Of a stretch of DNA of 32,000 nt, positions 16,726 to 26,769 are shown one piece after another (the stretch's first letter is position 1; every line of letters begins with the position of its first letter). Source of the stretch: Psychrosphaera aquimarina. GTDB taxonomy: Bacteria; Pseudomonadota; Gammaproteobacteria; Enterobacterales; Alteromonadaceae. The position numbers were made by a program, and so were the translations under genes. The DNA lies in NCBI RefSeq assembly GCF_032461525.1, contig NZ_JAWCUA010000007.1, positions 324,943 through 356,942 of the forward strand. The letters are read 5' to 3'. Under the pieces are notes generated by a model, which made no database searches, was not told the origin of the DNA, and was given only the letters and a program-made list of their open reading frames with translations.

Positions 16726-17094
16726 TCAAAGCACCATTCTCTTGATGCCATTTTTAAGCAAAACTTCATTAAAGTTAATTAATAACCCAATTCCGATATT
16801 TGCTAATTTCATATAAGTTAATAGTTGGGCTTGATGTATGTTTTCCAACTTTTTCACAGTTTTAAGTTCAACTATTAATAGCTTTGATACTAATAAGTCT
16901 ATTCGAAACCCATTATCAAATTCTATTCCTTTGTAGAGCACTGGTAACTTAACTTCATATTCTACTTGAATGCCTAGGTTGCGGAGTTCATAAACTAGAC
17001 ACTTCTGATATACCGATTCCAACAACCCAGGTCCTAGTTGTCTATGTACCTCAATAGCACATCCAATTACTACACCAGCCAAGTCCTTATCCAT
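16726..17094 (-). CDS. GxxExxY family protein (PD-(D/E)XK nuclease-like fold)
   Basis: MDKDLAGVVIGCAIEVHRQLGPGLLESVYQKCL contains G-L-L-E-S-V-Y. RIDLLV...LLIVELK fits a D...E-x-K nuclease-like motif. I prefer the ATG at 17094 over the longer track ORF that runs to 17145. Confidence 0.75.
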   Translation of the reverse strand: MDKDLAGVVIGCAIEVHRQLGPGLLESVYQKCLVYELRNLGIQVEYEVKLPVLYKGIEFDNGFRIDLLVSKLLIVELKTVKKLENIHQAQLLTYMKLANIGIGLLINFNEVLLKNGIKRMVL

Positions 17095-17163
17095 ATTATG
17101 TTCCAATCTCAAAAACAATTGGCTAAATATAGTACAAGTACCCAATAAAGAAACGGTGCATTA

Positions 17164-17962
17164 ACCACTAAGGTCACTAAGAACACAAAGGAAAATTATA
17201 TCCTGATCAAAAGAACTTCTTAGCATTCTTTATGGTTCAACTGCTTTAATCTTGAAGAGCTAACCAACCACAAAGATCACTAAGGACACAAAGGAAAAAA
17301 TTATACCCTTATCAAAAGAACTTCTTAGCATTCTTTATGGTTCAAGTGCTTTAGATCCACCACACTCTAACTCAGAAAAGTAACTGTATCCTGCTTATCC
17401 ATTCACCAGCACTTCTTCATGTCCTTTGTGGTTCAACTGCTTTAATCTTTAAGATCTAACAAAACACAAAGATCACTAAGGACACAAAGGAAAAAATTAT
17501 ATCCTTATCAAAAGAACTTCTTAGCACTCTTTATGGTTCAGCTGCTTTAATCTTTAAGAGCTAACAAACCACAAAGATCACTAAGGACAAAAAGGAAAAA
17601 ATTATACCCTTATCAAAAGAACTTCTTAGCATTCTTTGTGGTTCAAGTGCTTTATTCTTTAAAAGATAAACAACCACTCATTTCACACAGCGCACTAAAT
17701 AAAGGGTGAAGATTAAGTCAGTACTTTCAATCACTCTTCTTCGTGTCCTTTGTGGTTCAAGTGCTTTAATCTTTAAGAACTAACAAACCACAAAGATCAC
17801 TAAGGACAAAAAGGAAAAAATTATACCCTTATCAAAAGAACTTCTTAGCATTATTTGTGGTTCAAGTGCTTTAGATCCACCAAACTTTAACTCAGAAAAG
17901 TAACTGTATCCTGCTTATCAATTCACCTGCTCTTCTTCGTGTCCTTGTGGTTCAGCTGCTTT
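17164..17962. repeat. array of five imperfect-palindromic repeat units (basic period about 104 bp; three units are expanded to about 175-220 bp)
   Basis: Left arms ACCACAAAGATCACTAAGGACACAAAGG start at 17164, 17267, 17463, 17568 and 17787. Inverted right arms CTTCTTAGCATTCTTT(A/G)TGGTTCA(A/G)(C/G)TGCTTTA occur eight times. The inserts at about 17353-17420 and 17873-17940 are near-identical to each other. The array begins immediately after the lgt stop. Confidence 0.9.
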
Positions 17963-17964
17963 TG

Positions 17965-18771
17965 TTATTTGACTTTTTTGTTTATATCCAATTTAAACGC
18001 TAACGCCATTATGATTGCTCCAGCAAATACCATAGGCAATGACAGCCATTGTCCCATCGACATACCTAAGGTTAATAATCCTAAATGATCATCTGGCTGA
18101 CGGAAGTACTCAACAATAAAGCGGAAACAGCCGTATCCTAATAAGAATAACCCACCAGCAGAACCTACTGCGCGCTTAGAACGGGTATACCAAAAGATGA
18201 TAATAAATAAAACGATGCCTTCTAAAACAAACTCATATAACTGTGACGGATGACGTGGCAATGGCCCAGCACCAGGGAATACAATTCCCCAAGGAACATC
18301 TGTGGTTCTGCCCCATAACTCACCATTTAAGAAATTGCCAAATCGCCCTGCTCCTAAACCAATTGGTACAAGCGGGGCAACAAAGTCACCAATTTGAAAT
18401 AAGGTAAGTTTGGTTTTTCTGGCAAACAGTATTAAAACAAATATGACACCTAATAAACCACCGTGGAATGACATACCACCTTGTTGGATTTGGAATAAAT
18501 ACAAGGGATCTTTGAGGAATAAATCAAATTGATAAAAGAACACGTAGCCAAGTCGACCACCAAGTACCGCCCCCATAAACCCATAAAAGATTAAGTCGCT
18601 AACTTGTTGTTCGTTAAATGGCGAACGTTTGGCTTTCACTTCTCGCATGGCTAACCAATACGCAAAACCTAATCCCACTAAATACATTAAGCCATACCAA
18701 CGAATAGCAACGGGCCCTAACGACACAATAATTGGGTCGATTGCAGGAAAAATTATAGGATCTGATAACAC
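17965..18771 (-). CDS. lgt: phosphatidylglycerol-prolipoprotein diacylglyceryl transferase
   Basis: [34 protein letters not shown] closely parallels the E. coli Lgt N-terminus. Polytopic membrane protein. Confidence 0.93.
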   Translation of the reverse strand: MLSDPIIFPAIDPIIVSLGPVAIRWYGLMYLVGLGFAYWLAMREVKAKRSPFNEQQVSDLIFYGFMGAVLGGRLGYVFFYQFDLFLKDPLYLFQIQQGGMSFHGGLLGVIFVLILFARKTKLTLFQIGDFVAPLVPIGLGAGRFGNFLNGELWGRTTDVPWGIVFPGAGPLPRHPSQLYEFVLEGIVLFIIIFWYTRSKRAVGSAGGLFLLGYGCFRFIVEYFRQPDDHLGLLTLGMSMGQWLSLPMVFAGAIIMALAFKLDINKKVK

Positions 18772-18847
18772 GGATATAACCTCAACTTTATATAAATTAC
18801 ACCATCAACTTGTTGACGGTGTTATGTTTAAACTACGAACAAACTGA

Positions 18848-19651
18848 TTACGTTAGTTGGTCGAACAACAATTTAGTTGCAACTAACATCATAAACACAG
18901 CAAATACTTTCTTTAACTGTGCTTGATTTAACTTTTGCCCGACTTTAACACCTAAAGGCGCTGTAAAATAAGAAAATAACATGATCATCAGTGCCGTTGG
19001 CCAATGAACATATCCAACAAACTCACTGCTGTCTGTCCAACCATAACCACTGATGAAATACCCAATTGAGCCAAACATGGCTACAATCATTCCACATGCT
19101 GCAGCAGCGCCAATTGATTTGCGGATATTGACCCCGACAACCGTTAAATACGGTACTAAAATCGCTCCACCACCTAACCCAGCAATTGCAGCTAAAAAGC
19201 CAGTGAACAACCCACCAAACGCCAAAACGTTAGTAGACGGGATATTGTCGCTTTCAGGATTTGTTTTACTGCCCGTGGCAATTTGAATGGCTAATACAAA
19301 CAGTAATATGGCAAACACAGAGGTTAATAATGAACTGCCCATCCATATTGCAATATAAGGTGCTATAACAGAACTCAATGCCACAGTGATAGCAATGGGT
19401 AAGGTAATATTTTTATGAACATTCCCTCTTTTATAATGGCTTCTGGCAGACGAAAATGCAGTCACCACTATGGTTAATAAGGATGTTGCCACCGCAATAA
19501 TAGCAATATTATCTGATGTGACTTGTGGTAGTAGCGGTAACAAATATAACAAGGCAGGTACTAATACGATCCCTCCTCCTATGCCTAACAAGCCAGATAA
19601 AAATCCTGCCAGTATTCCTAAAATAGGGGCGATGTATAATATTTCTAACAA
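18848..19651 (-). CDS. TauE/SafE-family anion exporter membrane protein
   Basis: About 8 TM helices in two halves, each with a G-rich motif (LLGIGGGIVLVP and AGLGGGAILVPYL). Confidence 0.8.
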   Translation of the reverse strand: MLEILYIAPILGILAGFLSGLLGIGGGIVLVPALLYLLPLLPQVTSDNIAIIAVATSLLTIVVTAFSSARSHYKRGNVHKNITLPIAITVALSSVIAPYIAIWMGSSLLTSVFAILLFVLAIQIATGSKTNPESDNIPSTNVLAFGGLFTGFLAAIAGLGGGAILVPYLTVVGVNIRKSIGAAAACGMIVAMFGSIGYFISGYGWTDSSEFVGYVHWPTALMIMLFSYFTAPLGVKVGQKLNQAQLKKVFAVFMMLVATKLLFDQLT

Positions 19652-19727
19652 ATGACTGTACTGCCTATATTGATATAACTAACCGATAATTAGGGTTAAA
19701 CATAATGACGGTTGATTAAAACTTCTT

Positions 19728-22010
19728 TTATTTACCTGCTCGTAATATACCTGCAGCACCAATATTAAGAATGTATCGGTTCACTCTGAACTTCACTTGA
19801 TCTGGTCGAGTGCAATTTAAAATATCATCCGCTAGCTCTTTCAAGTCTTCTGAGTTTGATTTTTTCAATACCCATTTCACTCTTAATAAGTTTTTCGTAT
19901 TCATGCTAAGTTGAGTAAACCCCATCCCTGCAAGTAACATAGCACCACCTGGATCACCAGCTAACTCACCACATACACTGCAAGGTATACCAATTTCATT
20001 GGTTACATCAGCTATCATCTTAATCGCATTAAGCACCGTTGGATGGTAGGCATCGTAAAGGTTTGCAACCTTGTCATTATTCCTATCAACCGCCAATAAA
20101 TATTGTGTTAAATCGTTGGTACCAATTGAACAAAAATCAACTTTGCCTTTCAGCTGTTTTAATTGAAACAGCATAGAAGGTACTTCTAACATCACACCAA
20201 ACTTAGGTTTAGGTACAATCGCCCCGGCATCAGCTTCTTGCAGCTCATCTTGAACTTCAAAATAAGCTTGATTAAATAACCGTCTTGCTTCGTCAACTTC
20301 ACCAATATCAGAGATCATTGGTAACATGATATGCAAATTGTCAGTAAATACATTGGCTTTTATCATTGCCCGTATTTGTACTAGAAATATTTCCGGATGA
20401 TCAAGGGTTAGGCGAATTCCACGCCACCCCAAAAATGGGTTATCTTCGATTATTGGAAAATAAGGTAATTGTTTATCACCACCAACATCTAAGGTGCGCA
20501 TTACCACTGGTTTTTCTGAAAAGTCACCAAGCACTTGTTGATAAACCAATTGTTGCTCTTGTTCCGATGGAAAACGCTGGCGCATCATAAAGGTATATTC
20601 AGTACGATATAATCCAATACCTTCAATGTGTTCTTGTTCTGCAAATTCACCGTCAAAACCCATTCCTGAGTTTATATACAAGGAAATACGCTTGCCGTCT
20701 GCGGTTTGAACAACTTCGTCGGCTTCAACTTTTAATTGATTAGCAAACTCTAAATCTTCCGACTCTAAATTCTTATATTCTTCTACTATGGCTTCAACGG
20801 GCGAAATGAAAACTTGGCCGTTGTAACCATCAACAATAATATCAACACCATCAAGTTGTAATAAAGGTACATCGCGCAAACCCATCACGGCTGGAATGCC
20901 TAATGCTCTTGCCATAATGGCGGCGTGAGAGTTCTCAGCCCCTTTGATTGAAACAATACCTTTGATCTGATCTCTTGGTATTTCAGCCAGCATAGAAGCG
21001 GTCACTTCTTCGGCAATGATAATTGCGGCTTTAGGAATCGTTTTATGTTGCGATGAAGCATTGGTTAAATGTTTAAGTAATCTCCGGCCTAAATCTTTTA
21101 CATCAACGGCACGTTCCCTTATATAAGGGTCTTCCATTTTTTCAAATTCAGAAATGTAACGTTCAACCACTATTTTAAGGGCTGAAACCGCACACCAGCT
21201 TTCATTAATTTTAGCTACTATTTCGTTGCCTAAACTTGCAGCTTCCAACAATTGCAAATACATATCAAAAATAGCAAGCGCTTGCGGAGGTAAGTGTGTC
21301 GACATGCGTTCCGACATAAGTTTAATGTCAGTTCGGGTTGCTTCTACGGCTTCAAAATAACGAGTTTTCTCAATGTCAGCGCTCGGCACTTTGCGTAAAG
21401 AAACGTCTGATAAATCAATTTCTGTTTGTACTAAATAAGAATAACCAATGCCAACCCCTGTTGAACCGGATACCCCTTTTAATACTAACGCGTTATTTTC
21501 ATGTTCTATATATGGAGATGAAGACTTCATGCGTACACTGACATTGGCAATTGACGATGCCAATTGCGCGCTGAGCGTCACTAAAAAAGCTTCTTCTTCT
21601 TGATCAAAAAATCGGGCTTGGGATTGTTGTATTGTGATAACACCTAAGACTTGACGTCTATGGATGATTGGCACACCTAAAAAAGCGGTAAAGTTATCTT
21701 CTTGTACATCCGGAAAGTTTTTAAATCTTGGGTGACGCTTGGCATTGTGGATCTTGATAGGCTCTTCACGTTGCGCAACCCAGCCCGTTAATCCCTCGTC
21801 AAAACTCATGGTGGTAACACCAATTGCATCCGGGTTTAATCCGTCGGTGGCTTGTAACCTTAAAATGCTTTGTTCAGATTCGGCTAAATATACAGAACAA
21901 CATTCTGAATTTAACACACGCTTAATGTCGGTTACTAGAGATGCAAGAGCCACCTCTAAAGATGGCTCCTGTACAAATGAATGAGTAATACTTCTTAGAT
22001 CATTTAACAT
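19728..22010 (-). CDS. ptsP: phosphoenolpyruvate-protein phosphotransferase PtsP (EI-Ntr, GAF + enzyme I)
   Basis: N-terminal GAF-like region. Enzyme I motifs ENSHAAIMARALGIPAV and SIGTNDLTQYLLAVDR. Lies downstream of rppH, as in enterobacteria. Confidence 0.92.
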   Translation of the reverse strand: MLNDLRSITHSFVQEPSLEVALASLVTDIKRVLNSECCSVYLAESEQSILRLQATDGLNPDAIGVTTMSFDEGLTGWVAQREEPIKIHNAKRHPRFKNFPDVQEDNFTAFLGVPIIHRRQVLGVITIQQSQARFFDQEEEAFLVTLSAQLASSIANVSVRMKSSSPYIEHENNALVLKGVSGSTGVGIGYSYLVQTEIDLSDVSLRKVPSADIEKTRYFEAVEATRTDIKLMSERMSTHLPPQALAIFDMYLQLLEAASLGNEIVAKINESWCAVSALKIVVERYISEFEKMEDPYIRERAVDVKDLGRRLLKHLTNASSQHKTIPKAAIIIAEEVTASMLAEIPRDQIKGIVSIKGAENSHAAIMARALGIPAVMGLRDVPLLQLDGVDIIVDGYNGQVFISPVEAIVEEYKNLESEDLEFANQLKVEADEVVQTADGKRISLYINSGMGFDGEFAEQEHIEGIGLYRTEYTFMMRQRFPSEQEQQLVYQQVLGDFSEKPVVMRTLDVGGDKQLPYFPIIEDNPFLGWRGIRLTLDHPEIFLVQIRAMIKANVFTDNLHIMLPMISDIGEVDEARRLFNQAYFEVQDELQEADAGAIVPKPKFGVMLEVPSMLFQLKQLKGKVDFCSIGTNDLTQYLLAVDRNNDKVANLYDAYHPTVLNAIKMIADVTNEIGIPCSVCGELAGDPGGAMLLAGMGFTQLSMNTKNLLRVKWVLKKSNSEDLKELADDILNCTRPDQVKFRVNRYILNIGAAGILRAGK

Positions 22011-22067
22011 AATTTGTTATCAACAATCCCAAGGACTTTTACGCTGTTAGTGAAAACAAGTCGAAAA

Positions 22068-22661
22068 CTATCCACGTTGTTTATTTTGATTATTCCTATT
22101 ATAAGTTGATTTATTGCCACGGCGTTTATGCCTGTGACTTACTGGTTTATGACCACCAAAATCACCTTTACCCGCGTTTGATTTAACAAAAGGCATCACA
22201 ATACTAGCAAATTCTTTCATTGCTCTGCGATATACATCCCGTTTAAACGAAACTACATTTCTAATTGGATACCAATAACTTACCCATCTCCAATCATCAA
22301 ATTCAGGATGGGAGGTTTTTAATAAATCTACATCGGATTCTTTGCAACGAAGGCGCAGTAAAAACCATTTCTGTTTTTGGCCAATACATACCGGCATACT
22401 TTCCCGACGAATAAGTCGTTTAGGTAACCTGTATCTCAACCAGTTTTTACTGACTGCCAGAATCTCAACATCATCCGGCTTTAACCCTACTTCTTCTTCT
22501 AACTCTCGGTACATGGTTTGTTCAGGTGTTTCACCTTCATCAATCCCACCTTGAGGGTATTGCCAAGAATGTTGGCCGTATCTACGAGCCCAAAACACTT
22601 GACCTTTATGGTTGCAAATCACGATGCCAACGTTGGGACGAAACCCTTCGGCATCAATCAC
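22068..22661 (-). CDS. rppH: RNA pyrophosphohydrolase (Nudix)
   Basis: [60 protein letters not shown] is nearly collinear with E. coli RppH, including the Nudix box. Confidence 0.95.
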   Translation of the reverse strand: MIDAEGFRPNVGIVICNHKGQVFWARRYGQHSWQYPQGGIDEGETPEQTMYRELEEEVGLKPDDVEILAVSKNWLRYRLPKRLIRRESMPVCIGQKQKWFLLRLRCKESDVDLLKTSHPEFDDWRWVSYWYPIRNVVSFKRDVYRRAMKEFASIVMPFVKSNAGKGDFGGHKPVSHRHKRRGNKSTYNRNNQNKQRG

Positions 22662-22805
22662 AGTTTCACCTGTTTATTATACTTTTTTATATCCTTTGAT
22701 TCTTCCACAAAGCGGCGACTAGAGCAAACCAAAATTTAGCTGGTATCACGTTAAAGTTAATAAGATAATCCTAACGGGCATAATAATCGGAATACTGGCT
22801 AATTA

Positions 22806-23480
22806 ATGAACTTTTCTCCACCTCCGGCAACCATCGAAGAACTTCAGCACCGTATTGACTTAATCGCAGGATTAACGTTGGGCGACTTAGCAGGAGAGTT
22901 AAACGTTGTGGTTCCAGAAAACTTACAAGTAGAAAAAGGTTGGCCAGGACAATTATTGGAAGCCTATTTAGGTGCAAGTGCAGGAAACTTACCCGAACCT
23001 GACTTTCAATTACTGGGGGTTGAGTTAAAAACCTTACCCATTAACCGCGACGGTAAACCACTGGAAACCACTTTTGTATCCGTTGCGCCATTAACGCAAT
23101 CTTCACCTATCACCTGGCGAGAGTCTTCCATTTATAAAAAATTACGTCATGTATTATGGGTTCCCATTATTGCAGAGCGCGATATTCCAGTTCCTCTTAG
23201 GCAAATAGCCACGCCATTTTTATGGCAAATGGATGCTCAACATGAATCGCTTTTAAAAAATGACTGGGAAGAGTTAATGGAGCTTATTACTTTTGGGCAT
23301 CACGACAAAATCTCCGCATTACACGGTGAAGCGTTACAGTTAAGACCCAAAGCCGCTGACAGTTCAGTGCGTACTCAAGCCTTTAATCAACAAGGTCAAC
23401 CTATCCAAGCACCGCCTAAAGGTTTTTATTTAAGAACCAGTTTTACCAAACAAATTTTAACGAAACAATTTCAGCTTTAA
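22806..23480 (+). CDS. mutH: DNA mismatch repair endonuclease MutH
   Basis: GVELKTLPINRDGKPLETTFVSVAPL and LQLRPKAA match MutH signature regions. Divergent from rppH, as in E. coli. Confidence 0.93.
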   Translation: MNFSPPPATIEELQHRIDLIAGLTLGDLAGELNVVVPENLQVEKGWPGQLLEAYLGASAGNLPEPDFQLLGVELKTLPINRDGKPLETTFVSVAPLTQSSPITWRESSIYKKLRHVLWVPIIAERDIPVPLRQIATPFLWQMDAQHESLLKNDWEELMELITFGHHDKISALHGEALQLRPKAADSSVRTQAFNQQGQPIQAPPKGFYLRTSFTKQILTKQFQL

Positions 23481-23523
23481 CGATTAATCATTATAAATTG
23501 ACGTAAACAAGGCACATATTTTC

Positions 23524-24084
23524 ATGACCGATATCTCAGTAATAGAATCTCAAGTATGGCAATGGTTAGATAAGGCCGTTATTGGTTTAAATCTGTGCCC
23601 GTTTGCCAAAAAACCACGAGCCAACAATCAAATAAAGTTAGTCATCTCACAAGCTGATAACAACAATGACTTAACAAACGAATTACTCACAGAGCTTGAT
23701 TTTTTGACCAATACACCTGCAGAACAAACAGACACCACAGTCATCGTCATCCCACAATTTTTAACCGACTTCTCCGATTATTTACACATGTTAGACGTGG
23801 CTGATATGTTAATAGATCAAATGGGCTACCGCGGCACATTTCAACTCGCCAGCTTCCACCCTAACTACCAGTTTGACGGCACAGAAGCGGACGACGCTGA
23901 GAACCTAACTAACACAGCCCCTTACCCAATACTGCACCTCATTAGAGAAGACAGCATGGAAAAAGTATTATCAAAATACCCAGATCCCGAATCAATTCCG
24001 GTGAATAATATAAAGACGGTAGAGTCTTTAACGGAGAAGGAGATGGGGGAGATTTATGGGTTTAAGAGCAGCTGTAAGCTATAA
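23524..24084 (+). CDS. conserved hypothetical protein, DUF1415-like
   Basis: 186 aa with VIGLNLCPFAKKP near the N-terminus, the motif I associate with the DUF1415 family. Assignment is from memory only. Confidence 0.5.
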   Translation: MTDISVIESQVWQWLDKAVIGLNLCPFAKKPRANNQIKLVISQADNNNDLTNELLTELDFLTNTPAEQTDTTVIVIPQFLTDFSDYLHMLDVADMLIDQMGYRGTFQLASFHPNYQFDGTEADDAENLTNTAPYPILHLIREDSMEKVLSKYPDPESIPVNNIKTVESLTEKEMGEIYGFKSSCKL

Positions 24085-24300
24085 GTTTTAAGCTGTAAGG
24101 AAAATCTCTGATGTGACCTCGTAAAAGTAGACACGGGGTTAATTTAATTCTTCATATTGCATGGGACTCTCGCCGAGAGGCGAAACAACAAAAGCGACGA
24201 GTTACGAGCTGCGAGATTCGAGCTGCGAGTAAAAAGATGATGATAACCACCTTAAATAACAAACCTGTAGGTTTGCAGTAGCATAAACGAAACAGCGCCA

Positions 24301-25626
24301 TTACCTTAATTCAATATGAATCGAATGCGTAAACTGCGCTGAGACACCAACACCGGCTACTGCTATTAATTGATTGTTTATATAAATCAGGGGGACATGA
24401 GCTCGCCACCATGTTGGACAGCCAACTTCTTTTAAGTATTTGTTTAACTTTTTATGCCCTGAGTTTCTATTGGGTTGAAACATTTCACTGAATCGTGCCC
24501 ATTTGATCACAAGTGTTTGGTCAAACTCTATTTCCACTTTGAGCTCTTGATATAGAGTATTTTCTGGCAATACGTACCATTGACCTGGACTCACCATTAA
24601 TTCAATCGTACTTAAGTCTCTTGGTTCTTTTATAATGTCGCTGACCAAATACAAATGATGTTTGTGTGTTCTTAAATAATTATCCGCCACTTTCAACTTA
24701 ATATTTGAATCGGTATTTAATTGACGGATCTGCACCATTAACTCATTTAACGTCGCCAGTGCTGGATAACGATTTAATTGTCGGTAAACAAACATGCGTA
24801 TCACGGCTTTTTGTTTTGATGCAGATAAACAGGCAAGCTTATCAATATTCAAAACAGGGTGTTGGTTAAAACCTACTTCCAAACACCTTAGGTAATCCTG
24901 CTCCACATATTCATTAAGTAAATCAAAGTCCTGTTGTAATAACTCTGTGGCCGTATTAATTGATTTTCCAGCGACAGACCAGCGTTTAAATAACTGTGGT
25001 AAAACAGATAACCTAACGAAGTTACGGTCAAATCTATCATCTTCATTTGAGTCATCATTGACCCAAGTTAGCTTATTCGTCTGAGCATAATCTAAGATAG
25101 TCTGTTTGCTCACATTTAACAGTGGTCTGGCTAACCTAACTTGTTTTTCTTGTCCTAATGGATGCGGATATGGACTTATTTTACGCATTGAGGTTAACCC
25201 AGCTAAACCGGAACCACGCATTAGACGTAACAAAAAGGTTTCCATTTGATCGGACTGGTGATGCCCAGTAAACAAGACCGAATTAGGTTGTGAACACTCA
25301 GCAATGGCTTGATACCTAGCATCTCTGGCTTGTGATTCTAATGAGGTTCTTGATTTTGATTCGATGTTCACTTGCTCGACGACAAGCCCCACGTCATGTT
25401 GTTCACAAAGCTTGTGCATTTGTTGTTGCCACAGCATGGCATTTGAATTTAAGCCATGATTAACATGAACCGCAGTGAAGTTAATAGAGGTGTTCTGTCT
25501 TAACTGAATAAACAAATCCAACAAAGTAATAGAGTCAACACCACCACTTAAACCAACAACCAAGTTACTTTTTTCAAGTTCTTGTTGTTTTATAAAGTTA
25601 TGTAAATGAGTCCAATCTAAATTCAT
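24301..25626 (-). CDS. tilS: tRNA(Ile)-lysidine synthetase
   Basis: PP-loop VGLSGGVDS, a length of about 440 aa, and a position downstream of accA. Confidence 0.9.
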   Translation of the reverse strand: MNLDWTHLHNFIKQQELEKSNLVVGLSGGVDSITLLDLFIQLRQNTSINFTAVHVNHGLNSNAMLWQQQMHKLCEQHDVGLVVEQVNIESKSRTSLESQARDARYQAIAECSQPNSVLFTGHHQSDQMETFLLRLMRGSGLAGLTSMRKISPYPHPLGQEKQVRLARPLLNVSKQTILDYAQTNKLTWVNDDSNEDDRFDRNFVRLSVLPQLFKRWSVAGKSINTATELLQQDFDLLNEYVEQDYLRCLEVGFNQHPVLNIDKLACLSASKQKAVIRMFVYRQLNRYPALATLNELMVQIRQLNTDSNIKLKVADNYLRTHKHHLYLVSDIIKEPRDLSTIELMVSPGQWYVLPENTLYQELKVEIEFDQTLVIKWARFSEMFQPNRNSGHKKLNKYLKEVGCPTWWRAHVPLIYINNQLIAVAGVGVSAQFTHSIHIELR

Positions 25627-25656
25627 TATTTATATTTCTAGTTAACGTACAGTTGT

Positions 25657-25681
25657 AAAAAAAGCCATCTAAATGATGGCT
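25657..25681 (-). terminator. intrinsic terminator after accA
   Basis: Stem AGCCATC (25663-25669) pairs with GATGGCT (25675-25681) around a 5-nt loop. The plus-strand A7 (25657-25663) gives a U7 tail on the minus-strand transcript. Confidence 0.7.
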
Positions 25682-25750
25682 TTAATCAATGTTTACAATT
25701 ATCGCAAAGATTTGTTTTTAAGGCTACTTTATAAAAAAGAGCTTACCGGT

Positions 25751-26707
25751 TTATAAATAACCGTAACCCATTAAACGTTCATAACGTTTATCTAACAATT
25801 CTTCTTTCGACATTGTTTTTAAATCGGCTAAGTCTTGTTTAAGACGTTGCTTAAGATTAGCAGCCATCAGCTCCATATCTCTGTGCGCACCACCTAGTGG
25901 TTCTTCAACTAAGTTGTCCACTAAACCTAATTCTTTAATTTTTTGTGCTGTGATACCCATAGCTTCTGCAGCGACAGGCGCTTTCTCTGCACTTTTCCAT
26001 AAGATTGACGCACAACCTTCTGGTGAAATTACTGAGTAAGTACTGTATTGCAACATGTTTACACGGTCACCAACACCAATGGCTAATGCACCACCAGAAC
26101 CACCTTCACCAATAACAGTACAAACGACAGGTACTTTCAATCCCGCCATTACTTTTAAGTTACGAGCGATAGCTTCACTTTGGCCACGTTCTTCAGCGCC
26201 TATACCTGGGTATGCCCCCGGAGTATCAATAAACGTAATGATTGGCATATTAAAACGTTCTGCCATTTCCATTAATCGTAAGGCTTTACGATAACCTTCT
26301 GGTTTTGGCATACCAAAGTTACGTTTGATTTTTTCTGCTGTATCACGACCTTTTTGTTGGCCAATGATCATTACAGGTTCATCATCCAAACGAGCAATAC
26401 CACCAACAATCGCTAAGTCATTAGCGTAGGTTCTATCCCCTGCTAATTCGTCAAACTCAGTAAATATACGTTCGATATAATCTTTGGTATATGGGCGTAA
26501 AGGATGACGAGCAATTTGTGCTACTTGCCAAGCCCCTAAGTCACCAAAGATTTTTTTGGTTAGTTCGTGATTTTTTTTCTTTAAGTTTGAAATTTCATCT
26601 TCCAAACCTAAATCAAGTTCACCACCACGGTTAACATTCATCAGCTCATTGATTTTTGCTTCTAATTCAGCAATTGGCTGTTCAAATTCAAGATAATTAA
26701 GACTCAT
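25751..26707 (-). CDS. accA: acetyl-CoA carboxylase carboxyltransferase alpha subunit
   Basis: Motifs [18 protein letters not shown] and [10 protein letters not shown]; 318 aa. Confidence 0.95.
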   Translation of the reverse strand: MSLNYLEFEQPIAELEAKINELMNVNRGGELDLGLEDEISNLKKKNHELTKKIFGDLGAWQVAQIARHPLRPYTKDYIERIFTEFDELAGDRTYANDLAIVGGIARLDDEPVMIIGQQKGRDTAEKIKRNFGMPKPEGYRKALRLMEMAERFNMPIITFIDTPGAYPGIGAEERGQSEAIARNLKVMAGLKVPVVCTVIGEGGSGGALAIGVGDRVNMLQYSTYSVISPEGCASILWKSAEKAPVAAEAMGITAQKIKELGLVDNLVEEPLGGAHRDMELMAANLKQRLKQDLADLKTMSKEELLDKRYERLMGYGYL

Positions 26708-26769
26708 ACTTCCACCGGTCTAAAGATAATATTTAATACAAATTGTCATATCACTGACATAACAACTCG

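Noticed and set aside
17095-17145. The longer N-terminal extension of the GxxExxY ORF (MGTCTIFSQLFLRLEHN...).
   Set aside because: Family members are about 120-130 aa and begin close to the MDKDL... position, and the extension looks non-native. The ATG at 17094 is preferred.
17164-17962. The repeat array as a CRISPR locus.
   Set aside because: The sequences between the 28-bp arms are themselves repeated from unit to unit. Arms occur in both orientations and form palindromes, the spacing is irregular (103-219 bp), and no cas genes are nearby.
16681-17962. The repeat units as integron attC sites, with the GxxExxY gene as a cassette.
   Set aside because: No intI integrase or attI is in the window. 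Most units have no ORF between them. Only one GTTAGAT-type word fits the GTTRRRY core, while the others (GTTAGCT, GTTAGTT) do not. This could still be checked against whole-genome context.
18848-19651. The TauE/SafE gene between ptsP and lgt as a small insertion or island.
   Set aside because: It is a single ordinary membrane transporter gene on the same strand, with composition like its neighbours and no repeats or mobility genes. It is probably normal lineage-specific gene order.
22771-22977. A 68-aa minus-strand ORF overlapping the mutH start.
   Set aside because: It overlaps the conserved mutH coding sequence and the rppH/mutH divergent promoter region, and it has no recognisable features.
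24167-24179. The CTCTCG/CGAGAG hairpin as a terminator for the DUF1415-like gene or tilS.
   Set aside because: The stem is very short with a minimal loop, and there is no U-tract on either strand.
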